Below are positions 7,399 to 17,820 of a stretch of DNA of 35,546 nt, piece by piece. The translations under genes were made by a program, and so were the position numbers. Below the pieces are notes generated by a model that did not search any database, was not told the DNA's origin, and saw only the letters and a list, made by a program, of their open reading frames with translations. Numbering within the stretch: the first letter of the stretch is position 1; each line of letters opens with the position of its first letter. The DNA is from Candidatus Thorarchaeota archaeon (GTDB lineage Archaea > Asgardarchaeota > Thorarchaeia > Thorarchaeales > Thorarchaeaceae): NCBI GenBank assembly GCA_003345595.1, contig PRDI01000077.1, positions 1 through 35,546 of the forward strand. Direction: 5' to 3'.

Positions 7399-10392
7399 AT
7401 GACCGGGCTGTGGGATGAAACCTCGTTTGCGTATCGGTTCATTCGTCACCTTGTTGTCATCGTTTCCGTTTCGTTTGTGGTGTACCTTGCGAGCGTTCAG
7501 GCTTGGGAGTCTTATGAGATAAGCGTGGGTTACCGCGCAGTGCTGGCTTTCCTCACGATCGAGTGTGCGTCAGCATCACTGTTCCAATCACGAGAAGACT
7601 CATCACCCATACCAGTGCTCTTCGTTTCGTTCTTCGTGTTTTCGTCTATAGACAGTATGATCGGTTCAGCGGAACAGCTGTTCAGTGCGTCTTCACCACT
7701 GGGCCTTCAGTCTGCCGCCCGGACAGCATCTGATCTTGCAGTGCTCAGTATCTTGGGCGTCCTGCTTCTCATCACGTCCTCTCTCAACCATCGGCTGGCC
7801 GACAAGCGAAAGCCGACACTCTACCGAATCACGGTGTCGATATTGATACTGTGTCTTGCAGTTCAGGGTGTGATTCAGTATATCATTCTGGCCATGTCAT
7901 GGGCAGTGATGGTCAGCGGGTTTGTATTTGGACTGGTTGCTTTGGTCACGCTGACAGTTTCCGGTGTGCAATTGAGCAAGGTGGTCCATTATCCCCATCA
8001 GACTGACAGGGTTCGGCTTCTTCTCGGGCCGGTTGTGTTGGGTCTGTCGGCAATACCTTTGCTCTTCTCCTTGATCTGGCCGAGCGCAGTCTGGACAATG
8101 TCCATGACGCTGCAGCTGGCGGGATTCTTCCTTCTTTACTTGGCTCAGGCCATGCCGATGCTGAGAAGCACATCCCTAGGTCGAGCAAAGTCGTACGCTG
8201 TAGCGTTTACAGTGTCGATGCTGGTCATTGCCCCGCTTTTGGTCACTGTCGCCGCCAAAGTGGTGATGCCCACTTTCCATTTGGTGGACTTCGGAGCCTA
8301 CACATTATCACACGTTGGTATATCCGCATTATCGAGTGTAATGGCATTCCTCGTTTTCTCATATTCAAGGCGAAAACCAGACAAGAGATACTTTCCTTTG
8401 ATTCTTATGTTTGCGATACAGGCCCTTGTTGAAATGGGCCAAATCGGAATCGGCCAGCTTTCGGGTGTTGGCGAGACCGCGTCGTTCGTAGCCTACATAG
8501 TGGGGAGTGTGGTCGTTTCAATCGGTCTATTGTTGGTTATAGGATGGGCTGGCCAGCCACAGGACAATGAGAGTAGACTGGGGGTTTGGCTTCTGAAGGG
8601 TTTCGGCGTAGTGTTCGTTATTAGCTTGATTGGCCAGTCAATAGCATTCCTACTAGTTACATCTATTTCCGATATGGCATCAAGTCCCTTGGGTCAAGTC
8701 ATCCTGCTATCAGTGAATCTTGGCAATGTCTTTGGATACACGTATCTCTGTTTTCTGCTTCTCAAATCCTCACAAGGCACATTCACGGTTGAACTGACAG
8801 CTGTCACGTTTCTCGCTCTATGGATTGCTCCAAACATTCTCAGGTCTGTCTTCAACGAATGGTCAGCTGGGTGGTGGTCGGCAGAAGTGCTTCTTCTCCT
8901 TGGGCTATTAGCAGGTCCTGCCTTTCTTGGGACTCTCTATATGGGATCATATCTGCGTGCTGAGACCTCTCAGAAGAGAGCCACTCTCTATGCCGACATC
9001 TTGGTGCATGACATCGGCAACTATCATCAGGCCATTCTGAGCGCACTGGAACTTCTCGACATGAAAGGTGTGCCGCCTGAAGTCGAGGAGAACGCAAGGG
9101 CAGGAGCACTCGATGCGCTCGCCCGAGCCTCGGAACTGACCGGGAGTGTTAGACAGCTTGCTAGGGCTGACGCAGCGAAGAGTGAACAGCTGGTGCCGGT
9201 CGACCTGGCTGCATGCATCACCGATGCTGTCAGGCAAGTGGCGGTGAGAACGCCTGAGATCGATGCACATATTCGTTTTGAAAGTGAAGAACACTACTAC
9301 GTAGACGCGAACAGCCTATTGATCGATTTGTTCCTCAATCTCTTCCATAACGCTATTCAGTACTCTCCTAGTGAGAAGAGAATCGATGTCGAAGTATCAT
9401 CCATTGTCTTTCGTGGGAGGAACCATTGGGAGGTTCGGGTGGTAGACCGTGGAGCAGGGATTGCCCCTGAGCAAAAGAAGAAGCTCTTCAGCAGATTCAT
9501 GGAGGGAGCTCGGGGAACAGGACTTGGCCTTTCTCTCGTTCGCACATTGACGGACGCATTTGGCGGCGATATCTTGGTCGAAGACAGGGTCGTTGGTGAT
9601 TTCACGAAGGGTACTGTGTTTGTCGTGCGCCTACCAGTTTCTGTGACATCAAAGTTCCTGAAGACCAGATTGAAGGGAGGATTGGAGAGGGCGATTCACG
9701 CTGCGTTGACAGGTCTCTACCCGATTGTGGTCATCGGCAGCCAAGCAGAAGTACGATTCACTATCGACATGCTCAGAATCTATGCAGCTCACCGAACAGA
9801 CCTACGAGCGTGCTACGACATTACCAGCTCGGAATGTCAGATAGGAACATGTGATATTGAAGGGATGCCGGGAGGGTCATCAAGAGGTCTTCCCTCGCAC
9901 TACGTTGTTGTGGACTTCACAAGCCAGAGTGTGACCGGGGGAGCTTCATGCAGGGCATGCATGGATTTCCTTGAGAGAACGAGTTCTCTGCCGGCGAACG
10001 ATTTGAGGAAAGTGGCACTTGAGCAGGTAAGTCAAGTTCTTGGGAATGCTAATGAGCTGGCTCGCATCCTGTCAGAAGAAGAACCATCTCGGTCGAGTGA
10101 CTTGGCAGCGTGGAAGACGCGACTGAGCCCCGAGTCAAGGGAGGTGGCTCTGGATGTTCTTCAGGGCCAATCAGGTCTTGGTCGCTTTCTCAGAGAGGCT
10201 GGGATGGTGTGTCCGCCCTCAGTACTGGCAGGCTATGATAAGCAGCTAATTGTCGTGGGCGACAGGGTCCTTCCTACTGGTAGGCCGAGTCAGGATGATA
10301 TGAGTGAAATACTGAAACGAATGGCGGCGGCAGTCAAGGACTTGGTTGGGTCCGAAGTATATGCATCGATTGAATCAAAGAGTGGGATTTAG
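7399..10392 (+). CDS. Polytopic membrane sensor histidine kinase with extra C-terminal domain
   Basis: Many TM segments; H-box HDIGNYHQ, N-box NLFHNAIQY, G1 DRGAGI, G2 GTGLGL; about 240 further residues; ATG 7399 after GGTGA (track start 7279). Confidence 0.9.
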   Translation: MTGLWDETSFAYRFIRHLVVIVSVSFVVYLASVQAWESYEISVGYRAVLAFLTIECASASLFQSREDSSPIPVLFVSFFVFSSIDSMIGSAEQLFSASSPLGLQSAARTASDLAVLSILGVLLLITSSLNHRLADKRKPTLYRITVSILILCLAVQGVIQYIILAMSWAVMVSGFVFGLVALVTLTVSGVQLSKVVHYPHQTDRVRLLLGPVVLGLSAIPLLFSLIWPSAVWTMSMTLQLAGFFLLYLAQAMPMLRSTSLGRAKSYAVAFTVSMLVIAPLLVTVAAKVVMPTFHLVDFGAYTLSHVGISALSSVMAFLVFSYSRRKPDKRYFPLILMFAIQALVEMGQIGIGQLSGVGETASFVAYIVGSVVVSIGLLLVIGWAGQPQDNESRLGVWLLKGFGVVFVISLIGQSIAFLLVTSISDMASSPLGQVILLSVNLGNVFGYTYLCFLLLKSSQGTFTVELTAVTFLALWIAPNILRSVFNEWSAGWWSAEVLLLLGLLAGPAFLGTLYMGSYLRAETSQKRATLYADILVHDIGNYHQAILSALELLDMKGVPPEVEENARAGALDALARASELTGSVRQLARADAAKSEQLVPVDLAACITDAVRQVAVRTPEIDAHIRFESEEHYYVDANSLLIDLFLNLFHNAIQYSPSEKRIDVEVSSIVFRGRNHWEVRVVDRGAGIAPEQKKKLFSRFMEGARGTGLGLSLVRTLTDAFGGDILVEDRVVGDFTKGTVFVVRLPVSVTSKFLKTRLKGGLERAIHAALTGLYPIVVIGSQAEVRFTIDMLRIYAAHRTDLRACYDITSSECQIGTCDIEGMPGGSSRGLPSHYVVVDFTSQSVTGGASCRACMDFLERTSSLPANDLRKVALEQVSQVLGNANELARILSEEEPSRSSDLAAWKTRLSPESREVALDVLQGQSGLGRFLREAGMVCPPSVLAGYDKQLIVVGDRVLPTGRPSQDDMSEILKRMAAAVKDLVGSEVYASIESKSGI

Positions 10393-10504
10393 GACATTAC
10401 ATGGTGAATCGAAGGCCGTCGGTTGACATTTCGGCTTCTTGGCGAGTCTTGAAGAAAAGCGACAGCAACAGTTATTGAGCCCAAGAACAAGACTTCGAGA
10501 GAAT

Positions 10505-12880
10505 ATGCCTGTCAAGAAGCTTCACACCGCTTGCGCGTTGAATTGCCCTGACACATGCGCGTTCGTGGTCCATGTAGAACATGGCCGCATAGTCCGACTC
10601 GAGGGTGACAAGAATCATCCCTATACTCTGGGCAGATGCTGTCCCAAGGGCTATGCTCACGTGTTGAGGACATACTCAGAAGACAGGCTGCTCTACCCAC
10701 AGCGAAGACAGGCAGACGGCACTTTCAGGAGAATCACTTGGGATGATGCACTGGGAGAGATAGCTGCTCATATAGAGAAGGCTCGCAGCAGGTTTGGTCC
10801 TCAGTCTGTGGGTATATACTCCGGGTCCGGCAACGATGGACTTGCTCCAAAGTACGCGGCTCGTTTCAGCAACGTGATTGGGTGCCGAATGATCCCGGGG
10901 ATTGCTGAAATCTGTTTCGAGGGCGCATATGAGGGTGCAAGATTCAACGTGGGACCATTTCCTCCGCATGAGTTGAGCGACTGGGTCAACTCGAAGTGCA
11001 TAGTGATCTGGGGAACGAACAAGTTCGAGTCGAGTCTTCACTCCAAGAGAATCATCCGAGAGGCGATCGAAAGGGGTGCAAAGCTGATAGTAATAGACCC
11101 CCGTAGGACTCCACATGCCAAGATGGCGGACATCTATACAACGATTAGACCTGGGACTGATGCAGCACTTGCGCTTGGAATTGCGAATGAGATAATCAAG
11201 AGAGATCTGTACGACCATGAGTTCATCGAGAGGTGCGTAGTTGGATTCGAGGAGTACAAGCACAGAGCCGCGCAGTATGATATGAAGAGAGTGAGCCGGT
11301 TAACATGGGTAGACCAGAATACAATCGAAGCAATTGCTCTAACGTTCGCTACTCATGGACCAGCTCTCATAATGACAGCCCCCGCTGGCATGAATCACTA
11401 TACCAATGGAACGTGGGCGGCCAGAGCAGTTCACAGTCTTCTTGCAATCTGCGGGTATCTGGGGGTTTCAGGCGGCGGGTTCCAGTATCTCTCATCTGAC
11501 TGTGGCCCTTTCAATGGTTCTGCCATCACCCTTGCCGACATGCTGCCTGAATCAGTCAAGCCCGTTGTGCTATCAGGGACACTCATTCCAGAGTATGTGC
11601 TGAGCCATAAGGAGTCACCCCTCAAGGTCCTGATTATCCAAGCGGCGAGTCCCATGACTCAGTGGCCCAACACAAGCAAGACTCGAACAGCGTTCGAACA
11701 CATCCCTTTCAAGATCTGCATAGACATAGAGATGACAGACACAGCTCGCATCTGTGATGTTGTTCTGCCTGCGACCACACTGTTTGAGCATCATAACCTC
11801 GTTCACAGTGAACTTCACAGGATTGTCCAGTACACGCCAAGGATTGTGAGGCCGCGAGGAGAGGCCAAACATGAACTGGAGATGTGGACTGGCATTGCGA
11901 TGAAACTTGGTTTGGGCAAGTACTTCCGGCTGACAGAGCTTGATGCCATCAGGCTGGCATTGAGGAGTGATGACTGCGAAGGGATCACACTTGAGAAACT
12001 CAAAGAGAATCCGGGCGGCATCAGGACGAGGAGTCCTGCGATTCCCTTTGCCGACCACCACTTCCTCACACCATCTGGCAAGGTTGAGCTGTACTCTAGG
12101 GCGCTGCAAGACATGGGCTTTGACCCTCTTCCCTTCTACGAGGAGCCTGCTGAGAGTCCTGTATCCACTCCTGAGGTGTTCAAGGATTATCCATTGATCA
12201 TGATCTCTGGCAGGCTGCGGACCCGACTTCACTCCCAATACACTACAGTTGAGGTTGGTGCCGAGGCCAAAAGCTACTCCGAGTGTACGACTTGCCAGAA
12301 GTGTGTCAAGGAGTGTGAGGACGAAGCGATCTTCCTGGAGCAACCCAGTCTCGAAGCGTTGGAGAGAGCAATGAGCAAAGATTCAGTAGCCCATGCTAGG
12401 ATGAGGAATGAGCTGACTGAGCTCGTCAGAGCACTCGCAGTGAAGTCTTCGGGGGGCGTCATACTTGTTCCGGGCGGCGTCACAGGTCTGCTCATACCGA
12501 GGTGGAACTCTGAGAAGTGCATTGGCTGCAGAGAATGCAATCTAGACATATGCCCATTCGACGCTGTCACCGAGCCGATTAGAATGCCGCAGATGAGTGA
12601 TACCCCAATACATAGGACGTTCCTGAAGATGAACCCGAACACTGCCGAGAGGCTCGGACTTCGGGGCGGAGACCAAATCCGTGTCGAGTCTGTTCGAGGA
12701 TCTATCGACAATCTGAAACTGGAAATCAGTGAGGACTTGGATCCGAGGGTGGTGTGGGTTTCAGATGGCTGGTGGGATCGAGACGGTAACATCAACATAT
12801 TGACTGATGACAGGCATACCGCATTTGGTCACACTCCGGGCTTCAACTCGGTTCTTGTGAGAGTCACCAAACATGAGTAG
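10505..12880 (+). CDS. Molybdopterin (bis-PGD, DMSO reductase superfamily) oxidoreductase with inserted 2x[4Fe-4S] module
   Basis: CALNCPDTC...CPKG N-terminal Fe-S motif, RITWDDAL, WGTN, VIDPRRT, RPGTDAALALG, DVVLPA, TPSGKVEL, HSQY, MNPNTAERLGL; extra CTTCQKCVKEC and CIGCRECNLDICP. Track start is 10439. Confidence 0.9.
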   Translation: MPVKKLHTACALNCPDTCAFVVHVEHGRIVRLEGDKNHPYTLGRCCPKGYAHVLRTYSEDRLLYPQRRQADGTFRRITWDDALGEIAAHIEKARSRFGPQSVGIYSGSGNDGLAPKYAARFSNVIGCRMIPGIAEICFEGAYEGARFNVGPFPPHELSDWVNSKCIVIWGTNKFESSLHSKRIIREAIERGAKLIVIDPRRTPHAKMADIYTTIRPGTDAALALGIANEIIKRDLYDHEFIERCVVGFEEYKHRAAQYDMKRVSRLTWVDQNTIEAIALTFATHGPALIMTAPAGMNHYTNGTWAARAVHSLLAICGYLGVSGGGFQYLSSDCGPFNGSAITLADMLPESVKPVVLSGTLIPEYVLSHKESPLKVLIIQAASPMTQWPNTSKTRTAFEHIPFKICIDIEMTDTARICDVVLPATTLFEHHNLVHSELHRIVQYTPRIVRPRGEAKHELEMWTGIAMKLGLGKYFRLTELDAIRLALRSDDCEGITLEKLKENPGGIRTRSPAIPFADHHFLTPSGKVELYSRALQDMGFDPLPFYEEPAESPVSTPEVFKDYPLIMISGRLRTRLHSQYTTVEVGAEAKSYSECTTCQKCVKECEDEAIFLEQPSLEALERAMSKDSVAHARMRNELTELVRALAVKSSGGVILVPGGVTGLLIPRWNSEKCIGCRECNLDICPFDAVTEPIRMPQMSDTPIHRTFLKMNPNTAERLGLRGGDQIRVESVRGSIDNLKLEISEDLDPRVVWVSDGWWDRDGNINILTDDRHTAFGHTPGFNSVLVRVTKHE

Positions 12881-12910
12881 CTATGAGAGATGCTGACTAT
12901 CAGGGCGTGA

Positions 12911-13321
12911 CTAGTCGTAGAATCTGGCAGTTCTGTGCATGGACGACTCTTCTTCAGCTATTTGGCTTGCTTCTTCAGTCTGTTTGTCCGTTTCCACGTG
13001 TATGACTGCCACACAATCGCATGATGTGAGGGGCCTGTTGGTGATATCGTTCCCACGATCATCCAGGATTATCCAATTACCATGAGCGCTCACATCCTTG
13101 AAGGGCCACTTTGCCAGACAAGCTTGACGAAAAGTGGTTGAAGACGAGCCGCTGACGACACACTCCTGACCGGATAAGGGGTTTCTTACGACTCTCGTGA
13201 CGACTGACACGTCCAGAGGACGCACGGCGAGCTTCGGATCTTTCTTCGGTTTGTCATCTCTCTTAGGAGTACGTCTAGCCCTACTAGATGGTTTCTGACC
13301 AGAGCGAATGCGCTGTGTCAT
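12911..13321 (-). CDS. Hypothetical protein (basic N-terminus, compact alpha/beta core, acidic tail)
   Basis: ORF fills the gap between flanking genes; ATG 13321 after GAGGGA. Confidence 0.65.
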   Translation of the reverse strand: MTQRIRSGQKPSSRARRTPKRDDKPKKDPKLAVRPLDVSVVTRVVRNPLSGQECVVSGSSSTTFRQACLAKWPFKDVSAHGNWIILDDRGNDITNRPLTSCDCVAVIHVETDKQTEEASQIAEEESSMHRTARFYD

Positions 13322-13658
13322 ACGTTCCCTCACTTCCTGCTTGCCAGTCTGGTCTTTCTGCCTATTGACAAGACCGACTAATGCTAGCTCTCACGATTGT
13401 TGCCTCGGGAAGGAAACGGCATCCAAGGGTGTAACTGATTGATTGCTATATACCTTTCCACAGATGGGGCGCATTAGAGAAGTGATCTATGCGATCTCAT
13501 GCTGGAAGCGGAAACAGGCACAATGCCGTGGGACATAGGGACCCAGCAAGACGGACGAATGCTAGTGTTGCCCACATCCCCTCCAACGTTTAGCATGTCG
13601 TACGTGACCAGCAGATGATGTCGGATTGTTCGGCAGAATCTGCTTGGAGAAAGCCGGA

Positions 13659-14924
13659 TCACAATAGCATAGCTACGCCAAACAGATAGATCGTGGCTAT
13701 GGCAAGGTGCAGTATTCCCAGAGGGAAAGTAGCTCTCGTGAAGACGGTCCACGTGATCGGCCGGCGATTTCTCTCAGCTATGTCCAGAACGATGTAGTTG
13801 GGTGCGTCTCCAAACGGGACGACATAGACTGATGCATTCACCCCCAAGATCAAGGACTGAGAAACAACTGGGCTCAGCGTTCCGAGCACAGTACCTTGGG
13901 CAACTGTGGGAGCAAGAAGTGCAGCAATGGGCACATTATCCATTGTTGACAGGACTAGGCCTGGCAACCATATCATCATGATTATGGCTACAAAGACGTT
14001 GGTACCCCCGACTACTCCCAACGCATACACCAAGTCTTCGACTACGCCTGTTGCCTCGAGTGCCGCCACTATCCCGAAGAGGCCTACGACAAAGAACACT
14101 GTATCCCAAGACAGCCGATTTAATAGCTCCTTCGCCCGGTCAAATGACAGCACCAGTAATGCCGCAGCGACAAGAAGACCCACGATAGCAGATTCACTGG
14201 GTATGAGCACAAGACCTGTCATCAGTACTGCTAAGGCAAGCACTGAAACATAGAAATCGAATCTTGAGCGTATCATCACGCTTGGTTCCACCATGAACAG
14301 ATCAGTTGTAGCCAGAGTCGGGGACGGGACGAAGGCGCCACGGTAGTATCTCAGGAAGTATACGATCGTCAGAACGAGAAGGATCAGCGAAAGAGGGAAC
14401 AATACAATGAACATGAGACCTACGTCCATCTTCGCAATGGAAACGATGATCATGTCTGGGATGGACGCTATGGGGGTGGCAATCGAGCCTGAGTTGGCGA
14501 TGACAGCCTCTGAGATCAGAAACGGCCTGAAATCGATGTCGAGCCCGTTGCATACCTCGACTGTGAACGCACCCATTATGAGTATGGTTGGCAACGGATG
14601 GATGAAGAGGGATATCAGAAACACAAGTGACATGAACATTATGTAGAGTTTCTTCGGGTCACCCTTGGCCCTGCCTGCGATGATCAGGGCCATGTACTGA
14701 AACATACCGGAAGAACCTAGGACTGAGATGATTATCATCATTGCCATTATGAACAGGATAGTGTCCCAACCAACGTAGCCAAGCACTACCGAGAACGATA
14801 ATCCTCCTATGACGTAGGTCACGATAGCACATATGGACATCGACAGTAGCACTATAGCTGTTTCATCGAACTTAGTGAGTACTAGAGCTGCCAGAGTCAC
14901 AATGAATACGACGAGGCATATCAC
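13659..14924 (-). CDS. ArsB/NhaD/CitMHS (ion transporter superfamily) anion permease
   Basis: About 11-12 TM; WDTILFI, ANSGSIATPIASIPD, WDTVFFVVGLF, STMDNVP, VPFGDAPN. Confidence 0.85.
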   Translation of the reverse strand: MICLVVFIVTLAALVLTKFDETAIVLLSMSICAIVTYVIGGLSFSVVLGYVGWDTILFIMAMMIIISVLGSSGMFQYMALIIAGRAKGDPKKLYIMFMSLVFLISLFIHPLPTILIMGAFTVEVCNGLDIDFRPFLISEAVIANSGSIATPIASIPDMIIVSIAKMDVGLMFIVLFPLSLILLVLTIVYFLRYYRGAFVPSPTLATTDLFMVEPSVMIRSRFDFYVSVLALAVLMTGLVLIPSESAIVGLLVAAALLVLSFDRAKELLNRLSWDTVFFVVGLFGIVAALEATGVVEDLVYALGVVGGTNVFVAIIMMIWLPGLVLSTMDNVPIAALLAPTVAQGTVLGTLSPVVSQSLILGVNASVYVVPFGDAPNYIVLDIAERNRRPITWTVFTRATFPLGILHLAIATIYLFGVAMLL

Positions 14925-15064
14925 TCCAGCGATGTCCGTTCTAGTCGCGCTCCGTTACACATCAGAAAGCCAGGAGTAGTACGTGGCTCACACTGGGACT
15001 GGACCAATGCCGATAAATAACTGTCTTGTACAGGCTGCCTTCAAACAAGCTGGTTGTGGAGTGT

Positions 15065-16141
15065 ATGGACACCAGAATCGAACATCATGCGCGCATTCTC
15101 GTGCAGTGGTGCACTGAGGTCAAGAAGGGCGACATGGTCGTAATCAGTGCCTCGCCGGATGCTCACGACCTCGCCGTCGCCGTCACAAGAGAAGTTGCCA
15201 AGGCTGGCGCCGCCTCTGTCGTGCTGATGGCAAGTGAAGAGATCACTCGTGCACTCTATGATGGAGCGGATGATGAAACCCTGAAGCTTTATCCAAGGCA
15301 CCAAGAGGCGGTCATTCAGGCCTGCGATGTGTACTTGATGCTTAATGCTCCCGTGAACACGAGAGCACTGGCTGCAGTTGATCCCAAGAGAGTCGTGACC
15401 ATGAGTAGAACCACGCAGAAGATCTCGGACATCAGACTGTCAAAGAGGTGGTGCCTCACTGTCCATCCCTGTAGAGCGTTGGCTCAACAGGCGAACATGA
15501 GCTTGGAGGAGTACCAGGACTTCGTCTACGGTGCGACGTTGATAGACTGGAAGGTTGAAAGCAAGAACCTCTACGCTATGAAGGAGCATCTCGAAAAGCA
15601 CAATGATGTGAGGTTTGTCGGTCCAGAAACAGACCTCATTGCTTCCACTGCAGGCCGGATCTGGGTGGCATCAGATGGAAAGCACAACATGCCCAGCGGT
15701 GAGGTCTTCACAGCTCCTGTGGACAACTCTGTGGAGGGCAAGGTGTATTTCGACATACCATTTCTCCAGCAGGGCAAGGTAATAGAGGGTGTGCGGCTGA
15801 AGCTCAGCAAGGGAGAGGTTGTTGACTACTCGGCAGAGAAGGGCCAGGAAACACTCAAGTCAATCATCGAAACCGACCCCGGTTCCCGACGGATTGGCGA
15901 GATGGCGATAGGCACAAACCGGGGAATCAAGCAGTACACGCTCAACATGCTGTTCGACGAAAAGATAGGACAGACCATTCATTGTGCTCTCGGCAATGCC
16001 TACAAGGAATGCAATGGTACGAACCATAGCGCGGTGCATGTAGATATGGTCAAGAGTATGGTGCAAGGTGAAGTCATCGCAGGGAATGAGAAGGTCTACT
16101 CGAAGGGCAGATACTTCTACGAACAGAAGTCCAGTTCATGA
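15065..16141 (+). CDS. Aminopeptidase, peptidase M29 (AmpS/AmpT) family
   Basis: NMPSGEVFTAP, GEMAIG, LFDEKIG, HCALGNAY, NHSAVHVDM. Confidence 0.93.
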   Translation: MDTRIEHHARILVQWCTEVKKGDMVVISASPDAHDLAVAVTREVAKAGAASVVLMASEEITRALYDGADDETLKLYPRHQEAVIQACDVYLMLNAPVNTRALAAVDPKRVVTMSRTTQKISDIRLSKRWCLTVHPCRALAQQANMSLEEYQDFVYGATLIDWKVESKNLYAMKEHLEKHNDVRFVGPETDLIASTAGRIWVASDGKHNMPSGEVFTAPVDNSVEGKVYFDIPFLQQGKVIEGVRLKLSKGEVVDYSAEKGQETLKSIIETDPGSRRIGEMAIGTNRGIKQYTLNMLFDEKIGQTIHCALGNAYKECNGTNHSAVHVDMVKSMVQGEVIAGNEKVYSKGRYFYEQKSSS

Positions 16142-16216
16142 AGACGCTGATTCACACATTGTTGGCGTCATTTGCCTGGCTCGGTACGTTTATGATGGGC
16201 GGCGGAATGGCAGGTC

Positions 16217-16663
16217 TTGGCGAAGGGAATGTCTGCCCAGAAGGAACGCTTGGCGAAACTGGTAGTGGATGAGGACCTGAGTTCGATTGCCATACTAGGA
16301 ACAAGACTCGGATTGAGTGAGGATGAGATCAGGTCGATCCTCAAGCAACTTGTGAATGAGGGGGTTTTGAAGGGTCGTCTAACACCGGACGGGCAGAGAT
16401 TCTTCAGAGAGGAGCCGAAAGTTTCGAGTCGACCCGCGGTTTCTTCTCCTGAGGAAGAGCCCGCCTTCATGAGATTCAGCTCGAAGCCAGGCAAGTATGC
16501 TGCTGTCGTAGGTTTCATCATCGTCGTAGTGGGATATGTGACCCTCACCTTGGGACAGGGTGACATGGGCGCAGAAACGTGGGGAATCATCCTAATGTTG
16601 CTCGGACTTTTCACTCTCATTGTGGGTTGTTACTCCATTGGCCGCCGAAAGACTCCGTCTTGA
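16217..16663 (+). CDS. Winged-helix (PCI-like) domain protein with two C-terminal TM helices
   Basis: LGTRLGLSEDEIRSILKQLVNEGVLKGRLTPDGQRFF wHTH pattern followed by two hydrophobic helices. Confidence 0.7.
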   Translation: MAKGMSAQKERLAKLVVDEDLSSIAILGTRLGLSEDEIRSILKQLVNEGVLKGRLTPDGQRFFREEPKVSSRPAVSSPEEEPAFMRFSSKPGKYAAVVGFIIVVVGYVTLTLGQGDMGAETWGIILMLLGLFTLIVGCYSIGRRKTPS

Positions 16664-16735
16664 ACCTCGTACACAACGGCCGGACAGCACAGCTTAAGTG
16701 CGCGTTGCAGTCTGACCCGCCTGACGGAAAGAAGA

Positions 16736-17704
16736 ATGCTAGATCTCTTCGTTCAAGCCCTTGTGCTCATTGCATGTGGTCTAGGTGTAGGCGTATTAGC
16801 GTCTATGCTTGGGGTGGGAGGAGGCATCATTCTCGTTCCGTTTCTTATCATAGCGTTTGGCCTCTCTCCGTCGACTGCTCCCGGCACGACGTTAGTCGCA
16901 GCACTTTTCGTGGCGATGGCGAGCCTGATCCCATACTATCGTCAGAAACCCAGTCCCATCATTCCAAAAGCGGGCCTGTTATTAGCGCTTACAAGTGTTC
17001 CAGGTTCACTCATTGGTGTGTGGCTCCGTGAGATAGTTTCTAACGAAGAAACACTAAGACTTGTCTTCGCGGCTATTCTAATGCCTATCGCTCTGAAAAT
17101 GCTGTTCGCGAAAAGAAGGGGAAAGGCCGATCGCGCATCCGAAGTTGGTTCATTTGACCTCTCGCGCGTTTCCCGAGCGAGGATTGGCTATTCGCTCATC
17201 GGTTCTCTCTGTGCAGGCATTCTATCTGGGCTACTCGGACTCGGGGGTGGTATCCTCATGGTTCCTGTGTTGAACATGATGATGGGACTGCCCATTCATG
17301 CAGCAGTCGCCACGTCTATGCTGACTATGGTATTCACGGCTACATCCGGCACTGTGATGAATTACCTTGGAGGGCAGATACACGTTTTCTATGCATTGAC
17401 GATCAGTCTAGGCATGATTGTGGGAGCTCAATTCGGTCCTCGTCTGGTCTGTAAGATTAACGCAGTCCTACTCAAGCAGTTGTTCGGGGTTCTCTTGGTT
17501 CTTCCACTGGTGCAAATGGCCAGGCTAGGACAGCTCTGGTTGGATCCTAGCGGCCTCGATTTCTTGATGGTGACTATCGGGAACATAGTCATCTGGCTTG
17601 TCATAGTAATACCCGTTGCATTGTACAGAACCGCTCAGTCACGACGATTGGTGAAACCCGCCGAAGAGCTCGTGGAGAAGTGTGACCAACCAAGTCCAGA
17701 GTAG
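16736..17704 (+). CDS. Sulfite exporter TauE/SafE family protein
   Basis: Duplicated GVGGGIILVP / GLGGGILMVP motifs, AVATS, multiple TM. Confidence 0.92.
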   Translation: MLDLFVQALVLIACGLGVGVLASMLGVGGGIILVPFLIIAFGLSPSTAPGTTLVAALFVAMASLIPYYRQKPSPIIPKAGLLLALTSVPGSLIGVWLREIVSNEETLRLVFAAILMPIALKMLFAKRRGKADRASEVGSFDLSRVSRARIGYSLIGSLCAGILSGLLGLGGGILMVPVLNMMMGLPIHAAVATSMLTMVFTATSGTVMNYLGGQIHVFYALTISLGMIVGAQFGPRLVCKINAVLLKQLFGVLLVLPLVQMARLGQLWLDPSGLDFLMVTIGNIVIWLVIVIPVALYRTAQSRRLVKPAEELVEKCDQPSPE

Positions 17705-17820
17705 CAGGCGGCGTGGTGATTGGCACCGATAGGAAGGACGGTCTTCTCTCATCATCACACACAAATCGGGCTTCTGTTTCCACGGACGCTAGTTGCTTAC
17801 TTCGCATAGGTGGCGGATGA

